Shown here piece after piece: positions 1-14,200 of a DNA stretch of 64,000 bases. Made by a program: the position numbers and the translations under genes. Positions within the stretch are counted from its first letter, which is position 1; each line of letters opens with the position of its first letter. The notes beneath the pieces were generated by a model, which worked only from the letters and a program-made list of their open reading frames with translations, made no database searches and was not told the DNA's origin. This stretch comes from Eledone cirrhosa (taxonomy: Eukaryota): positions 1,736,001-1,800,000 of the forward strand of contig OZ024745.1 of the NCBI GenBank assembly GCA_964016885.1, in the 5' to 3' direction.

Positions 1-141
1 GTCTACATCGTATCAGTGGTACCGGTCTTTGAACATCATACAACCTCACCTCAACACAGAACGAAAACAAAAATGTTTTTGAAAAAAAAAAGACAAACGA
101 AAGACACAGAAGTCCAAGGTCTTCAGTCGCAGTGATGGACT

Positions 142-144
<3 letters not shown>

Positions 145-227
<83 letters not shown>
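145..227. repeat. (CA)n-(TA)n compound microsatellite
   Basis: Direct reading of the sequence. Confidence 0.95.
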
Positions 228-230
<3 letters not shown>

Positions 231-425
231 GGCTGAGTGGTTAGAGAATTGGATTCGCAATCGTGAGGTTGTGAGTTCGATTCCCGGACCGGGGGATGCG
301 TTATGTCCTTGAGCAAGACACTTTATTTCACGTTGCTCCTTCTACCTGGAGTTGCGACCGATAGATAGTATTAGAAATTGGAAAGACCGATGGAAGCATT
401 GCTTCCTCGGTCCGATTTGACGTAA
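228..425 (+). mobile_element. tRNA-derived SINE with CORE-like domain
   Basis: A-box-like GGCTGAGTGG and B-box GAGTTCGATTCCC, then GTCCTTGAGCAAGACACTTT (CORE-like). Positions 304-425 recur at about 56864-56982. Confidence 0.7.
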
Positions 426-486
426 GTCGATATATAGCAACAAAGACCAAAATAATCATTTCATGATCACAACTAACCTCTAAAAC

Positions 487-766
487 CACCATCAATACTG
501 CCACCACCACCACCATTGCCAATAGGACCCTGCCAGACGCACCCCACCACCTCCACCACCACCACCACCACCACAACAACAACAACCACCACCACCACCA
601 ACAACAACAACACAACAACAACCACCACCAACACCACCAACAACAACAACCACCACCACCACCACCACCACCACCACCACCACCACCAACAACAACCACC
701 ACCAACACCACCACCACCAACAACAACACCGCCACCACCACCAACAACAACAACACAACAACAACC

Positions 767-797
<31 letters not shown>

Positions 798-1094
798 CCG
801 CCACCAACAACAACAACACAACAACAACAACAACAACACCACCACCACCAACAACAACACAACAACAACAACAACACCACCACCGCCACCAACAACAAGA
901 ACCACCACCACCACCAACAACAACACCACCACCACCACCACCACTACCACCACCACCACCAAGAACTACCACCACCACCACCACCACCAACAACAACCAC
1001 CACCACCACCACCACAACCACCAACAACAACACCACCACCACCACCACCACCACCACCACCACCACCACCAACAACACCACCACCACCACCACC

Positions 1095-1126
<32 letters not shown>

Positions 1127-1280
1127 CACCAACACCAACAACAACAACAACACAACAACAACACCACCACCACCACCAACAACAACAACACCAACAACAA
1201 CAACAACACAACAACAACAACACCACCACCACCAACAACAACACCAACAACAACAACAACACAACAACAACACCACCACC

Positions 1281-1311
<31 letters not shown>

Positions 1312-1392
1312 CAACAACACCACCACCACCACCAACAACAACAACACCAACAACAACAACAACACAACAACAACACCACCACCACCACCACC

Positions 1393-1423
<31 letters not shown>

Positions 1424-1439
1424 CAACAACACCACCACC

Positions 1440-1471
<32 letters not shown>

Positions 1472-1486
1472 CACAACAACACCACC

Positions 1487-1517
<31 letters not shown>
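487..1517. repeat. (CAC/CAA)n trinucleotide low-complexity tract
   Basis: Mixed CAC/CAA triplets; explains the poly-T/H/P/Q and poly-V/W/G ORFs. Confidence 0.95.
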
Positions 1518-1519
<2 letters not shown>

Positions 1520-2980
1520 TAAACAATTGAAAGGGAGAAAAAGGGAAACAAAATGTAATGGCGACAATTCTTTGGGATGTTGTCATGGCAATAGAAAAAT
1601 TAATTCAATCACTATCCCCCTTCTCCTCCATCATTCCTTCCCTCTCCCCCCTTCTTCTCCCCCCACTTCTCTCACCCATCCCTGAGACAAATGGGTTCAC
1701 CCTCAGTTCTCTCCAACTTCTTCTCATCCTTCTCCCCCTTCACCTCTTTTTCCTCCTCTTCCCCCTCCCCTCCCCAACCCCCCACCACTACGACAAATGA
1801 TCTCTCTCTCTCCTTTCATTTATCAATCACTGATCTTCAGATAACTTCTATCGAAACGTCGTCTACTCCCACTAAACCTCACTCCTCTATCAACTCTCCC
1901 ACCACCTCCCACTATCCCACCTTAATCTTTTCAATCCATCTCCCCCCCCCCTCTCTCATCTTCTTACTCTTTTTCTTTCTTTCTTTCAGTTTTCTGTAAT
2001 CTTGTTTCTTTTCTTTCTTTTTTGGCCTTCTTTCTTATCTTCTTTTTTTTCCTTTCTATTTTTCCTCCATTCTTGTTCTTTCTTTAATTTATTTCCTTCT
2101 TTCTTTCCTTCCTTATTTCTTTCTTTTCTTTCCTTCCTTATTTCTTTCTTTATTTTTTCTCTCTCTCCCTCTATTTAGTTATCACCCCCCTCTCTCTCTA
2201 TCTCTCACTCAGCTGTGCTTAGATCTTGAGAGTGGCTGGGCTCCGTCGGGTCACTACGGTGACCCCATGACTGTATTAGGTGTTACGGTTCCACACATAT
2301 CTTTGCAGCTATGTCTAACTGCATCGATTAATCTCTAATGATGGGAATCTGTATACGAGCTTCTCGACATGTTAGAAATCGCAGCTAATTCTCACTCAAA
2401 TCCCTTAAAGAGTGTAGGACAAATTGTATAATGTGGGCCTTGACTCATTATGCCTGACAAAAAGACGAAAGTCACGCATGGATTGTCTTTCATTGTAGAT
2501 CACTTAGAACAGGGTTGATCAGAAGTTAAACACCAGGAACAACTTTAATTAGGTATCTCTATATATAAATGGAACCATCTACAATGAAGATGGGTAAATC
2601 TTCGGGTAACAAAATCAGGTGGCAGTAGAAAGAAAGGGGGGGGGGGTAAAGAGGAGAGGAGGAAATAGGAAAAAGAAATGTAAAATGAAATGAAAACCAG
2701 AGATGAAGTTACCTGGGAATAGATTTATTTGTCCTTATATTTCGAATTTCATATCCATCGTGGGGGGATCCCGAAGGAACTTTGGAGGTTTGTCGGAAAA
2801 GAATCTCGGTGGTCATTTGGTGCTAGCTTCGGTGTCAGACTGAAATACAACGACGAGGCGTGCGCACGTGAAATCGACGTGATCATTAAGAGGTTTATAT
2901 AATTATATTTACCTGTAGAGTTAACTGTGTCTATAAATGTATAATTGTAGTTATATTCATATCCGATTGTATCTATTGAA

Positions 2981-4590
2981 GGTGGAGAATTGGCAGAGTG
3001 GTTAGAACGTCTGATAGAATGGTAGAGTGGTTAGAACGTCTGATAGAATGGTAGAGTGGTTAGACGTCTGATAGAATGGTAGAGTGGTTAGAACGTCAGA
3101 TCGAATGGTAGAGTGGTTAGAACGTCTGATAGAATGGTAGAGTGGTTAGAACGTCAGATAGAATGGTAGAGTGGTTAGAACGTCAGATCGAATGGTAGAG
3201 TGGTTAGAACGTCTGATAGAATGGTAGAGTGGTTAGAACGTCTGATAGAATGGTAGAGTGGTTAGACGTCTGATAGAATGGTAGAGTGGTTAGAACGTCT
3301 GATAGAATGGTAGAGTGGTTAGAACGTCTGATAGAGTGGTAGAGTGGTTAGAACGTCTGATAGAGTGGTAGAGTGGTTAGAACGTCTGATAGAATGGCAG
3401 AGTGGTTAGAACGTCTGATAGAATGGTAGAGTTGTTAGAACGTCTGATAGAATGGTAGAGTGGTTAGAACGTCTGATAGAATGGCAGAGTGGTTAGAACG
3501 TCTGATAGAGTGGTAGAGTGGTTAGAACGTCTGATAGAATGGTAGAGTGGTTAGAACGTCTGATAGAATGGTAGAGTGGTTAAAACGTTTGATAGAATGG
3601 CAGAGTGGTTAAAACGTTTGATAGAATGGCAGAGTGGTTAAAACGTCTGATAGAATGGCAGAGTGGTTAGAACGTCAGATAGAATGGTAGAGTGGTTAAA
3701 ACGTTTGATAGAATGGCAGAGTGGTTAAAACGTCAGATAGAATGGTAGAGTGGTTAGAACGTCTGATAGAATGGTAGAGTGGTTAGGACGTCAGATAGAA
3801 TGGTAGAGTGGTTAGAACGTCAGATAGAATGGTAGAGTGGTTAGAACGTCTGATAGAATGGCAGAGTGGTTAGAACGCCTGATAGAATGGTAGAGTGGTT
3901 AGAACGTCTGATAGAATGGTAGAGTGGTTAGAACGTCAGATAGAATGGTAGAGTGGTTAGGACGTCAGATAGAATGGTAGAGTGGTTAGAACGTCAGATA
4001 GAATGGTAGAGTGGTTAGAACGTCAGATAGAATGTCAGAGTGGTTAGAACGTCAGATAGAATGGCAGAGTGGTTAGAACGTCAGATAGAATGGTAGAGTG
4101 GTTAGAACGTCTGATAGAATGGTAGAGTGGTTAGAACGTCTGATAGAATGGTAGAGTGGTTAGAACGTCAGATAGAATGGTAGAGTGGTTAGAATGTCAG
4201 ATAGAATGGTAGAGTGGTTGGAACGTCAGATAGAATGGTAGAGTGGTTAGAACGTCAGATAGAATGGTAGAGTGGTTAGAATGTCAGATAGAATGGTAGA
4301 GTGGTTAGAACGTCTGATAGAATGGTAGAGTGGTTAGAACGTCAGATAGAATGGTAGAGTGGTTAGAATGTCAGATAGAATGGTAGAGTGGTTAGAATGT
4401 CAGATATAATGGTAGAGTGGTTGGAACGTCAGATAGAAAGTTTTGCAGTATTTGTCCCGGTTCTCTGCTCTTTGAGTTCAAATCCCGCTGAGGTCAAATT
4501 TGTCTTCCATCTTTTCGAGGTAGATAAAAACAAAAGTACCAGTCTAATACTGGGGTTGTTTTACCTTCCCTCATCATTTCCTGGTCTATA
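2981..4590 (+). mobile_element. tRNA-derived SINE with internally amplified A-box region
   Basis: Head GGTGGAGAATTGGCAGAGTGG at 2981 and B-box GAGTTCAAATCCC at 4474-4486. The body matches the uninterrupted SINE at 46818-47038. Confidence 0.8.
2991..4438 (+). repeat. 29-bp tandem array (TGGTAGAGTGGTTAGAACGTCTGATAGAA), about 50 copies
   Basis: Period 29 read directly; copy number from length/period. Confidence 0.95.
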
Positions 4591-4660
4591 AATCGATAAA
4601 AAAATAATAGTCGATTTTTCCTCTATGTCTCTTTCTTGTCCCCCTCCTCCCTCTCTCTCT

Positions 4661-4731
<71 letters not shown>

Positions 4732-5185
4732 AGAAATCTGCTGCGTCCAAACCTGGAGAGAGGATGGACTCCTCCAGGTTTAAAAATGTTGTGTCACTTC
4801 CCCTCCCTCAGAAGTTACCGATTCCTATTTACATATTCTAGCTAAAGGTGAGGCGTTGGCAGCGTCCTTAAAACATTGAATTTTCTGTCTCTCTCTTTCA
4901 CTCACATCTCTCTCATTCTATGGAAGAAATCGGCTGTCTTCAGACCTGGAGAGGGTTCCGTTCGACCATGTTTAAAATCCCACGACGGCATCCCTGCGAT
5001 ACTACAAGGAGTTAAGGGACCATGCATCATCTTTCGGTAAGCTAAGTTCTTTTCCTTTCTTTACTTCGTTCTCTGTCAATCTCTTCCTTACTATCGACGT
5101 CACAATATCAATTTCTTTGTCTCACCTCTTCAAACTCTCACTTTCACTCTCTCTCACTCTCTCTCTCTCTCAAACTCTCGGTCTC

Positions 5186-5193
5186 TCTCTCAC

Positions 5194-5240
<47 letters not shown>

Positions 5241-5405
5241 GATGACAATAAACCATCCTAATAATACTAATAAGGCAGAGTAAAAGCAATGGAGACAGAC
5301 GGAGGAAAAATGGCGGGAATAATAGGAAAATAAAACAACAAAAAGATAAATAAAAGAAAGAAAAGTTGGGAAGATAAGAAGAAAATAAACTGAAACGGAG
5401 GAGAA

Positions 5406-5465
<60 letters not shown>

Positions 5466-6490
5466 AGGAAAGAAAGAAAGAAAGAAAGAAAGAAAGAAAC
5501 GAAATAAAACACTGAAACTAAACAACAAATTAACAACAAGGAAATTAAGAAAATCAGGAAAAATAAAAGAGAGGAAAAGTGAGAGAAAGAGGAAACCTAA
5601 TTTAGATGAAAACTAGAAACAATAATAAAAGAAAGAGAAATATATATGGCAGCTAAATAAATAAGAAACTGGAAGAAGGATATAATATGGCGGGAGAATG
5701 AAGGAGTGAAAGAAAGAGAGAGAAAGATGTAATGAAAAAATAAACAATGGAAAGAAGAATGAAAAACAAAAGAGCGTAAAAGAGAAGGAAAAACAAAAAA
5801 GGCAATGAAGGAATTGATGGAAGAAAAAAACAAAGAAGGAAGCAAGAACGAAATAAATAAATAAATAGAAAAGAAAGACAGAGAGAAGAAAAGCAGAAAG
5901 ATGCAATAAAAAACAACAAGAAGAAGCAAACAAGGCAAGAAAGGTCTGTATGTGTGGGGTGGGTGGGGTGGGTGGGGGCAGAAAAAGGAAATGTCGAAAG
6001 ATGCCATGAAAAATGAAAAAGAGATTGAGAAGAGAGAAAAAGAAGTGAATAATGAAGAGAAAGACAAGAATGAAAGATGAAAGAGAAATGAGGATGGAAG
6101 AAAATAGAAATAAAAACAGAAATATAACAGAAATAAACAAAACAAAATAAGATAAAATAGAAAAAAAAACTTGAAATAAAATTTAAATACAGCAAACAAC
6201 AGAATCGGAACCACAACAGCAATACAGAACAGAAAACAGATTAAAATATAACAAAACCGAAAACAGAAATAAATCTGAAAAAAAAAAGGGACAAAAACAA
6301 AAAGAAATTATTATAAAACAGAAACAAAAACCGAAAAATATTTACCACAAAAAATAGCAGAAAGAATCATGAAATACGAACTAAAAATAAAAAAACAGAA
6401 ACTAAACCGAAAATAGCAACTTGAAAAATAACAGAAACAATATAAGCTAAAAATAAATAAATATTAAAAAAAAACAGAAAAGAAAATAAC
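5186..6490. repeat. (TA)n, (GAAA)n and A/G-rich low-complexity tract
   Basis: Direct reading; produces the F/L/S-rich spurious minus-strand ORFs. Confidence 0.85.
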
Positions 6491-6494
6491 ATTG

Positions 6495-6780
6495 GAAGGA
6501 TTGGAACTCAGAACGTAAAAGGATGTAACTAAATGACGCAAGGTATTTTTATCGGAGGCGGTAACGTTTAGCACCCCCCTCCCAGATAAATAAGAATGCT
6601 TTCTTCAAGGTCAGTAATTTGTGGGGAAAGGAAAGTCAATTATATCGATCCCAGTACATTACTGGCGTTGTATCTTATTGACCTCGAACTAATCAATGGA
6701 AGACAAATTGACCTCGGCAGAATTTGAACTCAGGAAACGTAAAGGAACGTAACTAAATGCGGGACGTAAGGTAGCACGGC
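6495..6780 (-). mobile_element. Two degraded SINE copies (same family as 46818-47038)
   Basis: Reverse-complement B-box segments GGATTGGAACTCAGAACGT and GACCTCGGCAGAATTTGAACTCAG, plus a CCCAGTACATTACTGG body motif. Confidence 0.65.
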
Positions 6781-7608
6781 TCTGCCCTGCTCGCTAGTTC
6801 CATCGGCTTGATGTAAGTAGCATCGGCGTAGCAGACCTCTTAACAAAAGAAGAACCAAGTGGGAAGGTTCTATCATTATTTTGTCGAGAAATGGGTTAAG
6901 CGCCATAACCGGAAGTAAGTAAGGAACATAAATATGATGGAAGGCTTTCGTTCTCAAAATCTATTAAAATGAAACAAGAGTTCTTACAAATTGGATATTA
7001 TAATTAATATAGTTATAAAGTATTAGGTTATAAAGAAAGATGTGAAGTGTTAGTAACGTTCCTTACGGTAGAAATAAATAATAGTGAAGGATACCACGTA
7101 ACGTCCACATCCACAAACTGGGAAATATGATACAACCTTTTAAGAACAAATTAATTAAAGAAGAGAATATATATTTTTCTAATGCAATAAAAAAGACACG
7201 TCGGTCTATTAACAGACAAGTGTTTAGTGTGTGTGTCAAGTCAACAGGGAAAAGTTTAGAGTCAAACACATCTGTGAAGAAACTATACGAAGGGGAAGAT
7301 AAGAGGGTGTTATGGTCAAGGCAAAAGGAGATACAGAACTAAGATTACTTATAATAATTAAAATAAAAAAAAATAAAAACTGCCCTATAGAGAATGTGGT
7401 CAAAGATTATATAATACTCTATGAGAAATAACTGAAGGAAAAGAAAAGGAAAAGGACTTTCAAGGTAAGGGTTTATAATAAATAGTATTATAGAAGGAGA
7501 GATATCTAGGGACGTGAGTGATACTTAGCTATAACCTACAGTAACTTAAAAAGAATATAAATCTAAAGAGAAGGGAGAGGAGAGCTTAACAAGAATATAA
7601 TAAAAATT

Positions 7609-8102
7609 GACCTTTTGACTGAATATGTGGCACCACAACTAGATGACCTTCAACCAACCATCATTTTCCAGCAAGATGCTGCACCACCACATTGGGGACT
7701 GTACGTTCGTGGGTTCCTAAATCAAACATTTACAGACCGGTGGATTGGAAGGGATGGCCCAATTCCTTGGCCACCTCGTTCACCAGATATCACACCGCTG
7801 GACTTCTTTCTATGGAGTTATGTTAAAGATATCGTGTATCAAAGATATGAGACATCACTGATCTAAAGCAAAAGGTCACTGGTGCTATTGCCTCCATTGA
7901 TGAGGCCATGCTACAGTAAACATGGCAAGAAATCTAGTACCGTCCTTCATACAACTAATGCTGCCCATAAAGAGGTGTATTAAATTAGTTTAAAAAACTT
8001 CAATATCTTCTCATTTTGTAACAATTCTCATATATTTGTCTTTTCATTTGCTTTTGTGATAATTTTTTTAAATTTTACAGAGACTTTACGGACACCGTGT
8101 AT
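7609..8102 (+). mobile_element. Tc1/mariner transposon 3' remnant (decayed transposase C-terminus and probable right TIR)
   Basis: ORF 7615-7866 has FQQDAAPPH...WIGR...WPPRSPDITPLDFFLW, diagnostic of Tc1/mariner catalytic domains. It is frameshifted downstream and ends CTTTACGGACACCGTG-TA. Confidence 0.85.
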
Positions 8103-8258
8103 ATATATGAGATGGTTAATTGGTGACCTGTGTTATTCTGGAGTTTCATGTGGCGGCAGGATCATAAACACACAATATTCACATGTCCTAGATATCATTA
8201 GATTCATTTGTCTTGCAACATACCTCTCTTTATTGCTAGCGTCCCAGATAGATGTCAC

Positions 8259-11200
8259 GTAGTTCTATGATAGTATGTACATGACACTAGTTCTATGATA
8301 GTATCTATATGACACTAGTTCTATGATAGTATCTATATGACTAGTTCTATGATAGAATCTATATGACACTAGTTCTATGATAGTATCTACATGACACTAG
8401 TTCTATGATAGTATCTATATGACACTAGTTCTATGATAGTATCTATATGACTAGTTCTATGATAGTATCTATATGACACTAGTTCTATGATAGTATCTAT
8501 ATGACTAGTTCTATGATAGTATCTATATGACACTAGTTCTATGATAGTATCTATATGGCACTAGTTCTATGATAGTATCTACATGACTAGTTCTATGATA
8601 GTATGTACATGGCAATAGTTCTATGATAGTATCTATATGACACTAGTTCTATGATAGTATCTATATGACACTAGTTCTATGATAGTATCTATATGACACT
8701 AGTTCTATGATAGTATCTATATGACTAGTTCTATGATAGTTTCTATATGACACTAGTTCTATGATAGTATATATATGAAACTAGTTATATGATAGTATCT
8801 ATATGATACTAGTTCTATGATAGTATCTATATGACACTAGTTCTATGATAGTATCTATATGACACTAGTTCTATGATAGTATCTATATGACTAGTTCTAT
8901 GATAGTATATATATGACACTAGTTCTATGATAGAATCTATATGACTAGTTCTATGATAGTTTCTATATGACACTAGTTCTATGATAGTATCTATATGGCA
9001 CTAGTTCTATGATAGTATTTACATGACTAGTTCTATGATAGTTTCTATATGACACTAGTTCTATGATAGTATATATATGAAACTAGTTATATGATAGTAT
9101 CTATATGATACTAGTTCTATGATAGTATCTATATGACACTAGTTCTATGATAGTATCTATATGACACTAGTTCTATGATAGTATCTATATGACTAGTTCT
9201 ATGATAGTATATATATGACACTAGTTCTATGATAGTATCTACATGACACTAGTTCTATGATAGTATCTATATAACACTAGTTCTATGATAGTATCAATAT
9301 GGCACTAGTTCTATGATAGTATCTATATGACACTAGTTCTATGATAGTATTTACATGACTAGTTCTATGATAGTTTCTATATGACACTAGTTCTATGATA
9401 GTATCTATATGGCACTAGTTCTATGATAGTATCTACATGACACTAGTTCTATGATAGTATCTATATAACACTAGTTCTATGATAGTATCAATATGGCACT
9501 AGTTCTATGATAGTATCTATATGACACTAGTTCTATGATAGTATTTACATGACTAGTTCTAGGATAGTTTCTATATGACACTAGTTCAATGATAGTATCT
9601 ATATGGCACTAGTTCTATGATAGTATCTATATGACACTAGTTCTATGATAGTATCCATATGACACTAGTTCTATGATAGTATCCATATGACACTAGTTCT
9701 ATGATAGTATGTACATGGCACTAGTTCTATGATAGTATCTATATGACACTAGTTCTATGATAGTATCCATATGACACTAGTTCTATGATAGTATCTATAT
9801 GACACTAGTTCTATGATAGTATCTATATGACTAGTTCTATGATAGTATCTATATGACACTAGTTCTATGATAGTATCTATATGACACTAGTTCTATGATA
9901 GTATCCATATGACACTAGTTCTATGATAGTATCTATATGACACTAGTTCTATGATAGTATCTATATAACACTAGTTCTATGATAGTTTCTATATGACACT
10001 AGTTCTATGATAGTATCTATAAGACTAGTTCTATGATAGTATCTACATGACACTAGTTCTATGATAGTATCTATATAACACTAATTCGATGATAGTTTCT
10101 ATATGTCACGTAGTTCTATGATAGTATCTATATGACACTACTTCTATGGTATTATCTATATGACAATAGTTCTATGATAGTATCTATATGACACTAGTTC
10201 TATGATAGTATCTACATGACACTAGTTCTATGATAGTATCTATATGACACTAGTTCTATCATAGTATCTATATGACACTAGTTCTATGATAGTATCTACA
10301 TGACACTAGTTCTATGATAGTTTCTATATGACACTAGTTCTATGATAGTATCTATATGACACTAGTTCTATGATAGTTTCTATATGACACTAGTTCTATG
10401 ATAGTATCTATATGACACTAGTTCTATGATAGTATCTATATGACACAAGTTCTATGATAGTATCTATATGACACTAGTTCTATGATAGTATCTATATGAC
10501 AATAGTTCTATGATAGTATCTATATGACACTAGTTCTATGATAGTATCTATATGACAGTAGTTCTATGATAGTATCTATATGACACTAGTTCTATGATAG
10601 TATCCATATGACACTAGTTCTATGATAGTATCTATATGGCACTAGTTCTATGACAGTATCTATATGACACTAGTTCTATGATAGTATCTATATGACTAGT
10701 TCTATGATAGTATCTATATAACACTAATTCTATGATAGTATCTATATGACACTAGTTCTATGATAGTGTTTACATGACACTAGTTCTATGATAGTATCTA
10801 TATGACATTAGTTCTATCATAGAATGTATATGACACTAGTTCTATGAGAGTATCTACATGACACTAGTTCTATGATAGTATCTATATGACACTAGTTCTA
10901 TGATAGTATCTATATGACTAGTTCTATGATAGTATCTATATAACACTAATTCTATGATAGTATCTATATGACTAGTTCTATGATAGTATCTATATGACAC
11001 TAGTTCTATGATAGTATCTATATGACTAGTTCTATGATAGTATCTATATAACACTAGTTCTATGATAGTACCTATATGACACTAGTTCTATGATAGTATC
11101 AACATGACACTAGTTCTATGATAGTATCTATATGACACTAGTTCTATGATAGTATCTATAAGACTAGTTCCATGATAGTATCTATATGACACTAGTTCTA

Positions 11201-14200
11201 TGATAGTATCTATATGACACTAGTTCTATGATAGTATCTATAAGACTAGTTCTATGATAGTATCTATATGTCATGTAGTTCTATGATAGTATCTATATGA
11301 CACTAGTTCTATGATAGTATCTATATGACTAGTTCTATGATAGTATCTATATGTCATGTAGTTCTATGATAGTATCTATATGACACTAGCTCTATGATAG
11401 TATCTACATGAGACTAGTTCTATGATAGTATCTATATGACACTAGTTCTATGATAGTATCTATATGACACTAGTTCTATAATAGTATCTATATAACACTA
11501 GTTCTATGATAGTATCTACATGACACTAGTTCTATGATAGTATCTACATGACACTAGTTCTATGATAGTATCCACATGGCACTAGTTCTATGATAGTATC
11601 TATATGACACTAATTCTATGACAGTATCAATATGACACTAGTTCTATGATAGTATCTATATGACACTAGTTCTGTGACAGTATCTATATGACAACAGTTC
11701 TATGATAGTATCTATATGACACTAGTTCTATGATAGTATCTATATGGCACTAGTTCTATGATAGTATCTATATGGCACTAGTTCTATGACAGTATCTATA
11801 TGACACTAGTTCTATGATAGTATCTATATCACTAGTTCTATGATAGTATCTACATGACACTAGTTCTATGACAGTATCTATATGACACTAGTTCTATGAT
11901 AGTTTCTATATGACACTAGTTCTATGATAGTATCTATATGACACTAGTTCTATGATAGTATCTATATGACACTAGTTCTATGATAGTATCTACATGGCAC
12001 TAGTTCTATGACAGTATCTATATGACACTAGTTCTATGATAGTATCTACATGACACTAGTTCTATGATAGTATCTATATGACACTAGTTCTATGATAGTA
12101 TCTATATGACACTAGTTCTATGATAGTATCTATATAACACTAGTTCTATGATAGTATCTACATGACACTAGTTCTATGATAGTATCTATATGACACTAGT
12201 TCTATGATAGTATCTACATGACACTAGTTCTATGATAGTATCTATATAACACTAGTTCTATGATAGTATCTACATGACACTAGTTCTATGATACTATCTA
12301 TATGACACTAGTTCTATGATAGTATCTATATGACACTAGTTCTATGATAGTATCTACATGGCACTAGTTCTATGACAGTATCTATATGACACTAGTTCTA
12401 TGATAGTATCTACATGACACTAGTTCTATGATAGTATCTATATGACACTAGTTCTATGATAGTATCTATATGACACTAGTTCTATGATAGTATCTATATG
12501 ACTAGTTCTATGATAGTATCTACAAGACACTAGTTCTATGATAGTATCTATATGACACTATTTCTATGATAGTATCTATATGACACTAGTTCTATGATAG
12601 TATCTATATGACTAGTTCTATGATAATATCTATATGACAGTAGTTCTATGATAGTATCTATACGACACTAGGTCTATGATAGTATCTATATGACTAGTTC
12701 TATGATAGTATCTACAAGACACTAGTTCTATGATAGTATCTATATGACGAGTTCTATGATAGTATCTACATGACACTAGTTCTAAGATAGTATATATATG
12801 ACACTAGTTCTATGATAGTGCCTACATGACACTAGTTCTATGATAGTATCTACATAACACTAGTTCTATGATAGTATCTATATGACACTAGTTCTATGAC
12901 AGTATCTATATGACTAGTTCTATGATAGTATCTACATGACACTAGTTCTATGATCGTATTTATATGACACTAGTTCTATGATAGTATCTGCATGCCACTA
13001 GTTCTATGATAGTATCTATATGACACTAGACCTATGATAGTATCTATATGACACTAGTTCTATGATAGTATCTACATGACACTAGTTCTATGATAGTATC
13101 TACCTGACACTAGTTCTATGATAGTTTCTATATGGCAGTAGTTCTATGATAGTATCAATCTGACACTAGTTCTATGATAGTATCTATATGACACTACTTC
13201 TATGACAGTATCTATATGACACTAGTTCTATGATAGTATCTATATGACTACTTCTATGATAGTATCTATATTACACTAGTTCTATGATAGTGCCTACATG
13301 ACACTAGTTCTATGATAGTATCTGCATGCCACTAGTTCTATGATAGTATCTACATGGCACTAGTACTATGATAGTATCTATATGACACTAGTTCTAAGAT
13401 AGTATCTATATGACACTAGTTCTATGACAGTATCTATATGACACTAGTTCTATGATAGTATCTATATGACTAGTTCTATGATAGTATCTATATGACACTA
13501 GTTCTATGATAGTATCTATATGACACTAGTTCTATGATAGTATCAACATGACACTAGTTCTATGATAGTATCTACATGACTAGTTCTATGATAGTATCTA
13601 TATGAAACTAGTTCTATGATAGTATCTATATGACTAGTTCTATGATAGTATCTATATGACACTAGTTCTATGATAGTATCTATATGACACTAGTTCTATG
13701 ATAGTATCTACATGACGCTAGTTCTATGATAGTATCTATATAACACTAGTTCTATGATAGTATCTATATGACACTAGTTCTATGATTGTATCTATATGAC
13801 ACTAGTTCTATGATAGTATCTATATGACTAGTTCTATGATGGTATCTATATGACTAGTTCTATGATAGTATCTACGTGACACTAGTTCTATGATAGTATC
13901 TATACGACACTAGTTCTATGATAGTATCTACATGGCACTAGTTCTATGACAGTATCTATATGATATTAGTTCTATTATAGTATCTATATGACTAGTTCTA
14001 TGATCGTATCTATATGACACTAGTTCTATGATAGTATCTATATGACACTAGTTCTATGATAGTATCTATATGACTGGTTCTATGATAGCATCTACATGGC
14101 ACTAGTTCTATGATAGTATCTATATGACACTAGTTCTATGATAGTATCTATATGAAACTAGTTCTATGATAGTATCTATATGACACTAATTCTATGACAG

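Noticed and set aside
228-295. tRNA gene candidates at SINE heads (also 22185 and 46820)
   Set aside because: A and B boxes are present but there is no complete cloverleaf; they continue into repeated SINE bodies.
328-1685. Long ORFs (up to 396 aa) with poly-T/H/Q/P or poly-V/W/G
   Set aside because: Open in nearly all frames because CAC/CAA triplets lack stops; no domain signal.
2713-2839. Minus-strand segment bounded by good splice signals (TTTCAG ... CAG/GTAACT)
   Set aside because: Stops in all three frames; could be a non-coding exon but cannot be supported without transcripts.
6960-7600. A-rich stretch with a GQRLYNTL-like peptide resembling a CR1/L2 C-terminus
   Set aside because: Too decayed; no diagnostic motif.
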